Positions 35,365-43,968 of a DNA stretch of 55,277 nucleotides are shown piece after piece. The position numbers and the translations under genes were made by a program. The stretch is from Candidatus Neomicrothrix sp. UBA672 (lineage in GTDB: Bacteria > Actinomycetota > Acidimicrobiia > Acidimicrobiales > MedAcidi-G1). Position 1 is the first letter of the stretch. Every line of letters starts with the position of its first letter. Where the stretch lies: NCBI GenBank assembly GCA_002299135.1, contig DBNM01000122.1, forward strand, positions 1 through 55,277, in the 5' to 3' direction. Below the pieces are notes generated by a model, which made no database searches, was not told where the DNA came from, and saw only the letters and a program-made list of their open reading frames with translations.

Positions 35365-35780
35365 TAAGGATTGGTCCTGTCTCGCTCATTTAGGTCATCG
35401 ACTGTAAAAGGATCTGAAAGCAGTTCAACTATCGATTTAGGTCCACCAGGCCCATCAACGATTAATTCTTTCCCTCCTGCTTCTATGAGTATCTGACGAC
35501 AACGACCACATGGTGCTAGTGCTTCTCCTTCGGGGTTAGAAGCTACAGCTGCGATTAATCTGCCTGCTTTTCTTCTATGCAAGTCGCTTATCATGCCGCA
35601 TTCAGCACAAAGAGTTAGACCAATGGAAGCGTTTTCGACGTTGCATCCTGTTACGATCTCGCCACTATCTGTCAGCCCAGCTGCACCAACAGGAAAATTC
35701 GAGTACGGGGCGTAAGCCATTGTTGCAGCTTCTTGTGCTTTTATGCGTAGGTTTTCCCAGTCAATTTTGTTACTTTCCAT
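35364..35780 (-). CDS. cdd: Cytidine deaminase (tetrameric type)
   Basis: AYAPYSNFPVGAA, GCNVENAS, CAE and PCGRCRQ motifs. ATG at 35780 follows AGGA. Confidence 0.95.
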   Translation of the reverse strand: MESNKIDWENLRIKAQEAATMAYAPYSNFPVGAAGLTDSGEIVTGCNVENASIGLTLCAECGMISDLHRRKAGRLIAAVASNPEGEALAPCGRCRQILIEAGGKELIVDGPGGPKSIVELLSDPFTVDDLNERDRTNP

Positions 35781-35834
35781 TAAATCATCCTGCCAGAAGG
35801 ATGGATAAAGCACACACGAAGGGGTGCAAACCTT

Positions 35835-36734
35835 CTAATTTTTGGAGAGAGTTATATCGAAACGTGACATGGTTGTCGAAGCAATCAATAAAACCCACAC
35901 AGCGCAAGCACCTAATAAGTGAGCGGTTACGACTGCGCTGGAGCTAACTTCGGTGAAAACATGAACTGCTCCCAGTAATACGTTCATTCCATATGCAAAT
36001 GCAGCAAAATGGATTAGCAGTTGTTCGTTTTTTGGGCGTTGACGTTTCTTAGCGTTAGAAATCAAATATGCAATATAAATAATCCCTATTCCCGCTGCAA
36101 GTCTATGGAGATAATGAACAAATGTGTAGTGGTCTGAGATGTCAGGTTTTAACTGATTGTTCAAAAGAGGCCATCCGGAAAAATACCTGTTATGAACATA
36201 GGCACCAAGTAAAAGTAGCGCATATGAACCAAAAGCTCCCAAAGCTAGAAGTCGACTCCAATCTCTGCTACCGGTTGCTTCTAAATTTTCATTTCTATTT
36301 GTTGACACCAAGATCACAACTACCGTCAATAGGGCTATGACCACCATTGAGATTGCTAGGTGTATAGCCACGAGATCGGAGTCTAAATCTGCTTTGACGA
36401 CACCTCTGCCAATCAGTGCTTGAACTACTACTGCTACGACTGCAGCTACTGAAAGTCTTCTGGCGGTTAGGTTGTTACGAAGATTTTTCCTGATGCTTAT
36501 CGCCGTTAACAAAATCAGGATCCCTACAATCGCTGCTACCCATCTGTGTAACCATTCGATAAGCATGTGGTACTCGCCTCGGGGAAGCAGACCTCCTAAT
36601 AGGCCATTTTCACATAACGGCCATCTGTCAGAACATCCGTACCCACTGCCACTGCCACGGGTAAAGCCTCCGATGCCTATCAAAATAAAAGTTACTAAGA
36701 GAGAGATTCGTGCTAGACGGTTTGTGGTGTTCAC
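35835..36734 (-). CDS. ctaA: Heme A synthase COX15/CtaA (Cys-pair type)
   Basis: GSGYGCSDRWPLC, EWLHR and HYLHR motifs; eight TM segments. Confidence 0.88.
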   Translation of the reverse strand: MNTTNRLARISLLVTFILIGIGGFTRGSGSGYGCSDRWPLCENGLLGGLLPRGEYHMLIEWLHRWVAAIVGILILLTAISIRKNLRNNLTARRLSVAAVVAVVVQALIGRGVVKADLDSDLVAIHLAISMVVIALLTVVVILVSTNRNENLEATGSRDWSRLLALGAFGSYALLLLGAYVHNRYFSGWPLLNNQLKPDISDHYTFVHYLHRLAAGIGIIYIAYLISNAKKRQRPKNEQLLIHFAAFAYGMNVLLGAVHVFTEVSSSAVVTAHLLGACAVWVLLIASTTMSRFDITLSKN

Positions 36735-36792
36735 GTTTTGAGGTTACGAGCATCTTGCATCTTGACAACTGTAATATTTGGCACGGCGTGAT

Positions 36793-38715
36793 TTAAGGTT
36801 CGATAATTGGCCAAAATAGAGGAAAGTTTGTAAGTGTTTCCCATAATTTCAGCATTTTATCGGTATCGCCTTGGACTTCTATCCTCGCATCTTCGATTGC
36901 TTGAGGGAGGGAGTATTCTGTTGCAATTAGTTCTTCGAGAACGTTTCGCGAAGAACTAATTGATACGTCTGAATCTTCTGAGGAAGGTCCGATTTTAGAA
37001 TGAAGTGTGCCATTTGATAATTCAAGGCGTGCTGTTTCGTCTGTGTCAGTAAAGGACCAGTTGACAAACATTGGGCTTAGTTCTACTGCACTTTTACCGT
37101 CTACTTTTACAGCAAGAAAATCAAATATCTGTCCCAGTGTCATACCTTTTGCGACTTCCAGTCGTGGGCGTTGGATAACAGGTACATCGATACTCCCGTT
37201 TCTTAGTTCTTGAGCTCCTGTTAGGTAGATGTCACGCCAAGGTCCGGATTCTGCTTGATAAGCAAGCTGTTCGAAAGCATCTGCTTGTAATAGTCGGGCA
37301 TCATCGTTTTGAGGATCTGTAAAGACTGCATGTCTTAATACTTCAGCTACCCATTTATAGTCACCTGCTTCAAAAGCATTTTTTGCTTTTTCTATCAGTT
37401 CTTCAATTCCGCCCATGAAATCGACATACCTTTTTCCTGCTTCCGTAGGTGTATAAGGATCAAGACTGGAGGGATGCCCATCGTAAAATCCTATGTATCT
37501 TTGATAAACGGCTCTTACATTGTGGCTAACTGTTCCATAATAACCATGACACATGTAGTCATCCCAGAGTCCTGGAGGTAGATCAACCTGTGCGGCAATT
37601 TCATTTGGTGTGTAGCCGAGATTGGCTAGGCGCATAGCTTGATCATGCAACCACCTGTATAAGTCTCTCTGACGTGTTAGGTATCCTTTTACAGCATCTT
37701 GTCCCCAATGGGGCCAACCATGGCTAGCGAAAACTATTTCAGATGAATCCCCCCAACGGTCAAGAGCCTCATCTATGTATCTGCTCCATTGAAGTGAATC
37801 TCTTACAAGCGCACCTCTAAGAGTCAGAACATTGTGCATAGTGCCTGAACAATTTTCAGCCATGCACAAAGCTTTGTATTCAGGGAAAAAGAAATGCATT
37901 TCAGCTGGTGCTTCAGAGTCAGGGGTTAGTTGAAATTCTATTTTTACTCCATCAAGAATAAGTTCTTGCCCTGTTTCAGTTATGTCGATTGTTGGAGGTA
38001 CTAAAGCTGAAGAACCAGTAGGGATACCTTTACCTAGTCCTTGATCAACATGGCCTTTTTCATTCCAAGGTAAGAGCATTCCAAATTGATAAGTTGCGCG
38101 TCGTCCCATAACAGGCGCTGCTATTACGTTTTCTGCAACTGCTTCGCGTAGGAAGCCTTCAGGTGCAACGATCGGGATGTTTTCATCTTCAATTCGAGAC
38201 CTTTCGATCATTCCAAGGATGCCACCGTAGTGATCCAGATGAGAATGGGTATAGATGACAGCGCTTATTTCACGAAACCCCAGATGTTCAGTGACAAGTT
38301 CATAAGCGGCAGCTGCCGTTTCAGCTGTAGTTAAAGGATCGATTACGATCCACCCAGTTTTTCCTCGAATAAAAGTAGCGTTTGATGTGTCAAAGCCGCG
38401 AACTTGATAGAAATCTTCGCAAATTTCATAAAGACCATGCTGAGCATTCAAACCAGCTTGACGCCATAAAGAAGGATTGACGGTTTCTGGAGATTCTCCT
38501 ATAACAAAATCGGACTTAGAAAGATCCCATGAGATGGGTTGCCAAGCATTTGGCTCATGCTTTTCAATAATTGGGTTAGTTCGAGTTGCTATGAAGCCTT
38601 TAGCAACATTGGCGGCATCTGTTCCATCATCCGAAGGAAGGGTATTTTTGAAAGCCTTGTTTTCTCTTTTGGTAAATTCAGTTGCTTGTTTAGGCTGTCG
38701 GGATTCGTTTTCCAT
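36793..38715 (-). CDS. Alkyl sulfatase (SdsA1-like: MBL fold, dimerisation and SCP2-like domains)
   Basis: VNPSLWRQA, THSHLDHYGG, EAPAEM, HNVLTLRGA, HGYYGTVSHN and RDIYLTGAQELR motifs. ATG at 38715. Confidence 0.93.
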   Translation of the reverse strand: MENESRQPKQATEFTKRENKAFKNTLPSDDGTDAANVAKGFIATRTNPIIEKHEPNAWQPISWDLSKSDFVIGESPETVNPSLWRQAGLNAQHGLYEICEDFYQVRGFDTSNATFIRGKTGWIVIDPLTTAETAAAAYELVTEHLGFREISAVIYTHSHLDHYGGILGMIERSRIEDENIPIVAPEGFLREAVAENVIAAPVMGRRATYQFGMLLPWNEKGHVDQGLGKGIPTGSSALVPPTIDITETGQELILDGVKIEFQLTPDSEAPAEMHFFFPEYKALCMAENCSGTMHNVLTLRGALVRDSLQWSRYIDEALDRWGDSSEIVFASHGWPHWGQDAVKGYLTRQRDLYRWLHDQAMRLANLGYTPNEIAAQVDLPPGLWDDYMCHGYYGTVSHNVRAVYQRYIGFYDGHPSSLDPYTPTEAGKRYVDFMGGIEELIEKAKNAFEAGDYKWVAEVLRHAVFTDPQNDDARLLQADAFEQLAYQAESGPWRDIYLTGAQELRNGSIDVPVIQRPRLEVAKGMTLGQIFDFLAVKVDGKSAVELSPMFVNWSFTDTDETARLELSNGTLHSKIGPSSEDSDVSISSSRNVLEELIATEYSLPQAIEDARIEVQGDTDKMLKLWETLTNFPLFWPIIEP

Positions 38716-38716
38716 T

Positions 38717-40042
38717 CTAAGGTCCGGAAGATATTCCTTCACCTACTGGTGTGTAAACACTTTTTTCTATTTCTTCGTCGCCATATCTAGCAAGTTCAAA
38801 TCGTCCAACGACGAAGTGGTGAACTTCATCCGGTCCATCCGCAAGACGTAAAGTTCTTTGACCTGTGTACATGCCAGCTAAAGGCGTCCATTGCGAAATA
38901 CCAGTAGCACCGTGAACCTGAATTGCCTCGTCAATAATATTGCAAACTTTTTCGGGAACCATTGCTTTCACAGCACTAACCCAAACACGTGCCTCAGCAT
39001 TTCCCATAGTGTCCATAGCTTTCGCGGCCCTTAGTACCATTAGGCGACATGCTTCAATTTCGATTCTTGCACGTGATATTAGTTCAACATTTTTCCCTAA
39101 TTGAGCGATTTTCTTCCCGAATGCTTCTCTCGATAGTCCTCTAGTGGCCATTAATTCTAGAGCTTTTTCTGCAGCGCCTATGGATCTCATACAATGGTGT
39201 ATACGTCCAGGCCCTAGCCTCAACTGAGAGATTTCGAAGCCCCGTCCCTCTCCTAGGAGCATGTTTTCTTTAGGCACTCTTACATTGTCAAGATGGATAT
39301 GCATGTGTCCGTGTGGAGCGTCATCTTGTCCGAAAACATGCATAGGTCCGATTATGTTCACTCCCGGTGTGTCCATGGGGACCAGAATTTGTGATTGTCG
39401 CCTATGCGGAGGTCCATCTGGATTTGTTTGGACCATACAAATCATTATTTTGCAGCGAGGATCCCCAGCGCCAGAGATGTAATACTTCTCCCCGTTTATC
39501 AGCCATTCGTCACCGTCTAAGACTGCTTGGGTAGCTATATTTTTTGCGTCTGAGGAAGCAAGACCAGGCTCGGTCATTCCAAAACAAGATCTGATTTCAC
39601 CATTTAATAGAGGTTTGAGCCACATTTCTTTTTGTTCAGGTGTACCCACGCGTTCTAGGACTTCCATGTTTCCCGTATCAGGGGCACTGCAATTGAGTGA
39701 TTCAGAAGCTAAGGGGTTTCGTCCTAGTTCAGCTGCTATATATGCATAATCTAAATTTGAAAGCCCTTGCCCGGTTTCATCATCCGGTAAGAAAAAATTC
39801 CATAAGCCATTAGAACGCGCCTTATTTTTAACACCTTCTAAAAGTTCTAGTTGATCATCGGTGAAGGACCAGCGGTCTTCGCGATCCTCCCCAAGTTCAT
39901 AGAATTGTTCCGTTATTGGTTCGACTTCCTCTGCAATAAATTTCTTAACTGCCTCATAAAGGGGTCGTGCTGTTTCAGACATTGCAAGATTTAATGAGTC
40001 ATCACTTGGATCATCTACGTGCATTCCGGGACCAATAGTCAT
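38717..40042 (-). CDS. Acyl-CoA dehydrogenase (ACAD10/11-like)
   Basis: NCSAPDTGNMEVL, FGMTEPGLASSDA, RLGPGRIHHCMR and LRLADGPDEVH motifs. Confidence 0.94.
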   Translation of the reverse strand: MTIGPGMHVDDPSDDSLNLAMSETARPLYEAVKKFIAEEVEPITEQFYELGEDREDRWSFTDDQLELLEGVKNKARSNGLWNFFLPDDETGQGLSNLDYAYIAAELGRNPLASESLNCSAPDTGNMEVLERVGTPEQKEMWLKPLLNGEIRSCFGMTEPGLASSDAKNIATQAVLDGDEWLINGEKYYISGAGDPRCKIMICMVQTNPDGPPHRRQSQILVPMDTPGVNIIGPMHVFGQDDAPHGHMHIHLDNVRVPKENMLLGEGRGFEISQLRLGPGRIHHCMRSIGAAEKALELMATRGLSREAFGKKIAQLGKNVELISRARIEIEACRLMVLRAAKAMDTMGNAEARVWVSAVKAMVPEKVCNIIDEAIQVHGATGISQWTPLAGMYTGQRTLRLADGPDEVHHFVVGRFELARYGDEEIEKSVYTPVGEGISSGP

Positions 40043-40158
40043 TTTTTATCTCTTTTCTTAATGGAAATGTTTTAAGAGTTGTTGGAATGTCTAGCAGAAG
40101 TTATCCAATTTTGCGATTTTAAAGCCAAGTAATATAGATCAATAGATGGCTTATATAC

Positions 40159-40184
40159 GTGTTACACAGAATATGTGTTACACT
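40159..40184 (+). promoter_or_regulatory. Operator with two GTGTTACAC quasi-palindromes overlapping a TACACT -10 element
   Basis: Identical 9-mers at 40159-40167 and 40175-40183. TACACT at 40179-40184 lies 5 nt before the antitoxin ATG, a geometry typical of RHH autorepression. Confidence 0.65.
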
Positions 40185-40189
40185 TAGAT

Positions 40190-40378
40190 ATGGCCAATTT
40201 AACACTAGCGATTGACGAGGACTTGCTTCGTCGAGCTAGAGTCCGTGCTGCGGAGCAGGGCACGTCAGTAAATGCGGTCGTTAGACAATTGATTGAGGGT
40301 TATTCTTCTTCAGATCGTGCGGAAAATGCTCGTAAACGACTGGTCGCACTTTCCATAACATCTGCTGCTTCCTCATGA
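40190..40378 (+). CDS. Ribbon-helix-helix (VapB/DUF6364-like) antitoxin-type protein, C-terminally short
   Basis: MANLTLAIDEDLLRRARVRAAEQGTSVNAVVRQLIEGY is a classic RHH; sits upstream of a PIN gene. Confidence 0.85.
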   Translation: MANLTLAIDEDLLRRARVRAAEQGTSVNAVVRQLIEGYSSSDRAENARKRLVALSITSAASS

Positions 40379-40399
40379 ACGTTCTAAAAGTCAAGATTT

Positions 40400-40846
40400 G
40401 TGCTTAATAGGGTTTTTATTGACGCTTCAGTTCTGCTCAAGCTTTTTGATGACAACACACCCTCAGAACAAGCTGCCGCTAGAAACTTAATTGGTGATGT
40501 AGAGAATGCGACCCTTGTTACTTCAGCTTTGTCAATGGCAGATTTTTATGAAGAAGTAACCACTAAATTTAGTCGAAACCTCGAAGCGGTAACGGCCAGG
40601 CAAGCTTTAAATGATTTGACAGAACTGACTATTGTACAAATTGATTCAGATTTAGTTTTGGCGGCCACAGAAACGCAAACAGTTTTGAATATCGAAATGC
40701 GAGAAGCTATAACGATTGAAGCAGCGGTTACCTCTGGATGCGATTTTATAGTTACTGAAGTTCTTGACCAAAGACACACACTCAAAGGAATACATATAAG
40801 AAGTCTTGAAGAGATGATGAACGATAAGGAGAATCAAAATGATTGA
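40400..40846 (+). CDS. PIN-domain (VapC-like) protein with a degenerate active site
   Basis: VFIDASVL...FD, LVTSALSMADFY, EMREAITIEAA and GCDFIVTEVL follow the PIN layout, but the acidic tetrad is altered. Confidence 0.8.
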   Translation: MLNRVFIDASVLLKLFDDNTPSEQAAARNLIGDVENATLVTSALSMADFYEEVTTKFSRNLEAVTARQALNDLTELTIVQIDSDLVLAATETQTVLNIEMREAITIEAAVTSGCDFIVTEVLDQRHTLKGIHIRSLEEMMNDKENQND

Positions 40847-41828
40847 AATCGAAGGTTTGAAACAGTATGAGATTGATATTCGTGGCGTAAATATCCATAT
40901 TGCTGAAGCGGGAGAAGGCCCTATGGTTCTTTTCGTTCACGGTTTTCCTGAGTCATGGTATTCATGGAGGCATCAGATAGCTGCTATTTCGGCTGCTGGT
41001 TATCGAGCTGTTGCAATGGACGTTCGAGGATATGGGTCTTCTTACGCTCCGAAAGCAATTAATGAATACCGACTTGTCTGTTTAGCTGGAGATTGCGTAG
41101 GAGTTGTCCAAACTCTAGGCGAAGACACTTCTTTAATTGTCGGACATGATTGGGGTTCTCCTATAGCTTCAGCTGCTGCATCTTTTAGGCCGGATATTTT
41201 CAAAGGAATAGCTCTACTTTCTGTTCCATACACACCGCGGAGTGACGGAAGGCCTTCTGATTTTTTTAGATCTTTAGGAGGGCAGGAAGAATTTTATATT
41301 GAGTATTTTCAAGAACCAGGAAGGGCAGAAGCAGAGATCTCTCAAAATCCTTCCAAATGGCTTGAGGGTTTTTATTTCACTGCTTCTGGAGATGCTCCTG
41401 CATTAATGGATGATGAAGGTTCAATGGGTTTTGTTTCTCCAAGCGGTGAACTTAAAGATCGTTTCAAGTTTCCAGAAGAGCCTCTTCCATGGTTCACTGC
41501 AGATGATTTAGATTTCTATACCAAGCAATTTGAAAAGTCAGGTTTTACAGGTCCTCTGAATCGGTACAGGTGCGTTGACCTTGATTGGGATGACCTGAGA
41601 ATGCATCACGAGGCACCGCTGATACAACCTTCACTATTTATTGGTGGGGAAAAAGACGGCCCAACAATTTTGGGGGCTGGAAGCATTTCACGTTTTCCAG
41701 ATACTCTTCCTAATTTGATAAATTCCGTTATTTTGCCAAATGTAGGACATTGGATTCAACAAGAGGATCCTGATTCAACTAACTCACTTTTATTAGATTT
41801 TTTTCAAACTTTCAATCTTGGACAATAA
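40839..41828 (+). CDS. Alpha/beta hydrolase, epoxide hydrolase (EphA/EphB-like)
   Basis: HGFPESWYSWRHQ, GHDWG nucleophile Asp, two lid Tyr motifs (YIEYFQ, NRYR) and GHWIQQE. Confidence 0.9.
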   Translation: MIEIEGLKQYEIDIRGVNIHIAEAGEGPMVLFVHGFPESWYSWRHQIAAISAAGYRAVAMDVRGYGSSYAPKAINEYRLVCLAGDCVGVVQTLGEDTSLIVGHDWGSPIASAAASFRPDIFKGIALLSVPYTPRSDGRPSDFFRSLGGQEEFYIEYFQEPGRAEAEISQNPSKWLEGFYFTASGDAPALMDDEGSMGFVSPSGELKDRFKFPEEPLPWFTADDLDFYTKQFEKSGFTGPLNRYRCVDLDWDDLRMHHEAPLIQPSLFIGGEKDGPTILGAGSISRFPDTLPNLINSVILPNVGHWIQQEDPDSTNSLLLDFFQTFNLGQ

Positions 41829-41853
41829 AAACGATGAGGTCTAAGGTTTTCTT

Positions 41854-43947
41854 ATGAAGGCAGATAATCGGGGTAAATTAACTAGGTCACTTGCTCTGCG
41901 TCACGTTTTTGCTTTATCAACGGGAGCGATGCTTTCATCAGGTTTATTTCTTTTACCAGGGTTAGCAGCATCTAAAGCTGGTCCGTCAGCGATTTTGGCT
42001 TATTTGATTGCTGGTTTTTTGGCGATACCTGCCATGTTGAGCGTTGCAGAGTTATCTTCTGCGCTCCCCAAAGCAGGAGGTGCATACTATTTTTTGGAAA
42101 GAGCTTTGGGTCCTTCCATAGGAACTATCGCAGGAATTGGAACTTGGCTTTCTTTAGTCTTGAAAGATGCTTTTGCCTTAGTAGGCATGAGTGCTTATCT
42201 GGTTCTAATTCTCGATTTTAATGGCAAAGCTGTAGCGCTGGTTTTAATAGCTTTTTTCACCTTTGTAAATGTTGTTGGTTCGAAAGTAAGTGGTTCAATT
42301 CAATTATTTTTGGTTGTTTTCGTACTAACAGTGATGGCTTGGTTTCTTACAGAGGGCCTTTTGGAAACCCAAAAACAAGGTATAGACAAGTCTAATCTCG
42401 ATCCATTTTTTACAGAAGGGTTCTCCGGCCTTGTTTCAGTGATAGGCCTAGTTTTTGTTTCATATGGTGGTTTGACAAAAGTTGCAAGTGCAGCCGAAGA
42501 AGTAGATGATCCGTCCTTAAAGATCCCACTTGGAATGTCGTTATCTTTGTTAGTGGGAACCACTCTGTACACACTTGGTGCTCTAGTAGCAGTAGCACTT
42601 TTACCCTCAGCGGTTTTACATGAAGATCTGGCACCTATACATTCAGCTGCCGAAACCATTCTTCCATCCGCAGGAGTCGCGCTTGTTGTTTTAGCTGCGT
42701 TAGCAGCATTCGCCTCAGCAGTGAACGCTGGCATTTTGGCTGCAGCTAGATACCCAATGGCAATGGCGCGCGACGGACTTTTTCCTGAGATAGCTGGGAG
42801 GCTAAGCCGATTTGGAACTCCTGCATTCGGTGTAATCGTTACCGGAATTGCAATAGCGCTGGTGGTTTTGGTTCTCGATGCTGAATCAATTGCAAAACTT
42901 GCGAGCGCTTTTGTTCTTTTAACACTTGGCTTATTGAATATTGCTGTTCTGGTTTTAAGAGCTTCTCATATTCGTTCGTATGCACCTGCTTTTAAAGCAC
43001 CTTTCTATCCGTTAACACAGTTCGTCGGAATAGGTATTTCTATATTTCTAATTTTCCAACTTGGTGCAACTGCCTTACTATTCGTGGTTTTTGTTTTTGT
43101 TGCAGGGTGGACATGGCACCGTCTTTATGCAAGCGGAAAAAGTAAAAGAGCAGGTGCGATTAGGCAGGTTTTTGAAAGATGGGGAGCCGATGCCGATCCA
43201 AAATTGGATCGAGAAATGAGTGCTGCAATGGCTGGTCATGGCTTAAGGGCCGGCGATGATTACCCTGGATTGATTGCCAGAGCTGGAGTTTTAAGCGTCC
43301 CACCCGGAACGACTATCACAGAAGCAGCGGATAGAGCGGCGACGGTTCTCTCTGATTTAATCGGTTTGACCGGAGAGCGAGTAACAGAACAGTTTTTAGA
43401 AACTGGCTCTTTGTGGATCCAACCTTCTAAACAACACCCGACAGCAACCCCAGTCGCCTTGTTTGAAGATATTGAAGAAGATCAACTTGTAATAGTTAGA
43501 GCATCAGAGGGCATTCGTATTCCTGCTTCTTGGGGAGGTTCTGGTGAATGGGTCAACGCTTTATTTTTCCTTGCAGGAACAACTGAAAATCCAGGTCGCT
43601 CATTAAGAGTTGCAGGAGAGCTCGCTGGCCACTTGCATACGGGTGCGAAACTCATAGGATTAGCTCAAACAGAAGCCGAAGTTAAATCAGCCTTACTTCC
43701 TGAGATGACATTCCGTCAATACGCTCTTTTGCCAGAAGGGAAAGATTCAGCGCTTATAGGTTCAAAAGTTTCTGACCTAAAATTCCCTGCCGAAGTTGAA
43801 GTAGTTTCTGTTCACAGAGAAGGTATTCTGATCCAGCTTAATGAAGAACTCTGTTTAGAAGCTGATGATCAAGTAACACTTTTAGGCCCGTCGGAAACGA
43901 TGCCTTCATTAGGTGAACCTCTACCTATCCAAGAGACTCTCGAGTAA
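41854..43947 (+). CDS. APC-family permease with C-terminal PTS-EIIA-like and RCK_C (TrkA-C) domains
   Basis: GAMLSSGLFLLPG, AELSSALPKAGGAY, VFVSYGGLTKVAS and ARYPMAMARDG motifs, about 12 TMs, then a soluble tail ending LIGSKVSDL...LEADDQVTLLG. Confidence 0.88.
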   Translation: MKADNRGKLTRSLALRHVFALSTGAMLSSGLFLLPGLAASKAGPSAILAYLIAGFLAIPAMLSVAELSSALPKAGGAYYFLERALGPSIGTIAGIGTWLSLVLKDAFALVGMSAYLVLILDFNGKAVALVLIAFFTFVNVVGSKVSGSIQLFLVVFVLTVMAWFLTEGLLETQKQGIDKSNLDPFFTEGFSGLVSVIGLVFVSYGGLTKVASAAEEVDDPSLKIPLGMSLSLLVGTTLYTLGALVAVALLPSAVLHEDLAPIHSAAETILPSAGVALVVLAALAAFASAVNAGILAAARYPMAMARDGLFPEIAGRLSRFGTPAFGVIVTGIAIALVVLVLDAESIAKLASAFVLLTLGLLNIAVLVLRASHIRSYAPAFKAPFYPLTQFVGIGISIFLIFQLGATALLFVVFVFVAGWTWHRLYASGKSKRAGAIRQVFERWGADADPKLDREMSAAMAGHGLRAGDDYPGLIARAGVLSVPPGTTITEAADRAATVLSDLIGLTGERVTEQFLETGSLWIQPSKQHPTATPVALFEDIEEDQLVIVRASEGIRIPASWGGSGEWVNALFFLAGTTENPGRSLRVAGELAGHLHTGAKLIGLAQTEAEVKSALLPEMTFRQYALLPEGKDSALIGSKVSDLKFPAEVEVVSVHREGILIQLNEELCLEADDQVTLLGPSETMPSLGEPLPIQETLE

Positions 43948-43968
43948 TCTTGAAGAAAAGGATTTTCT

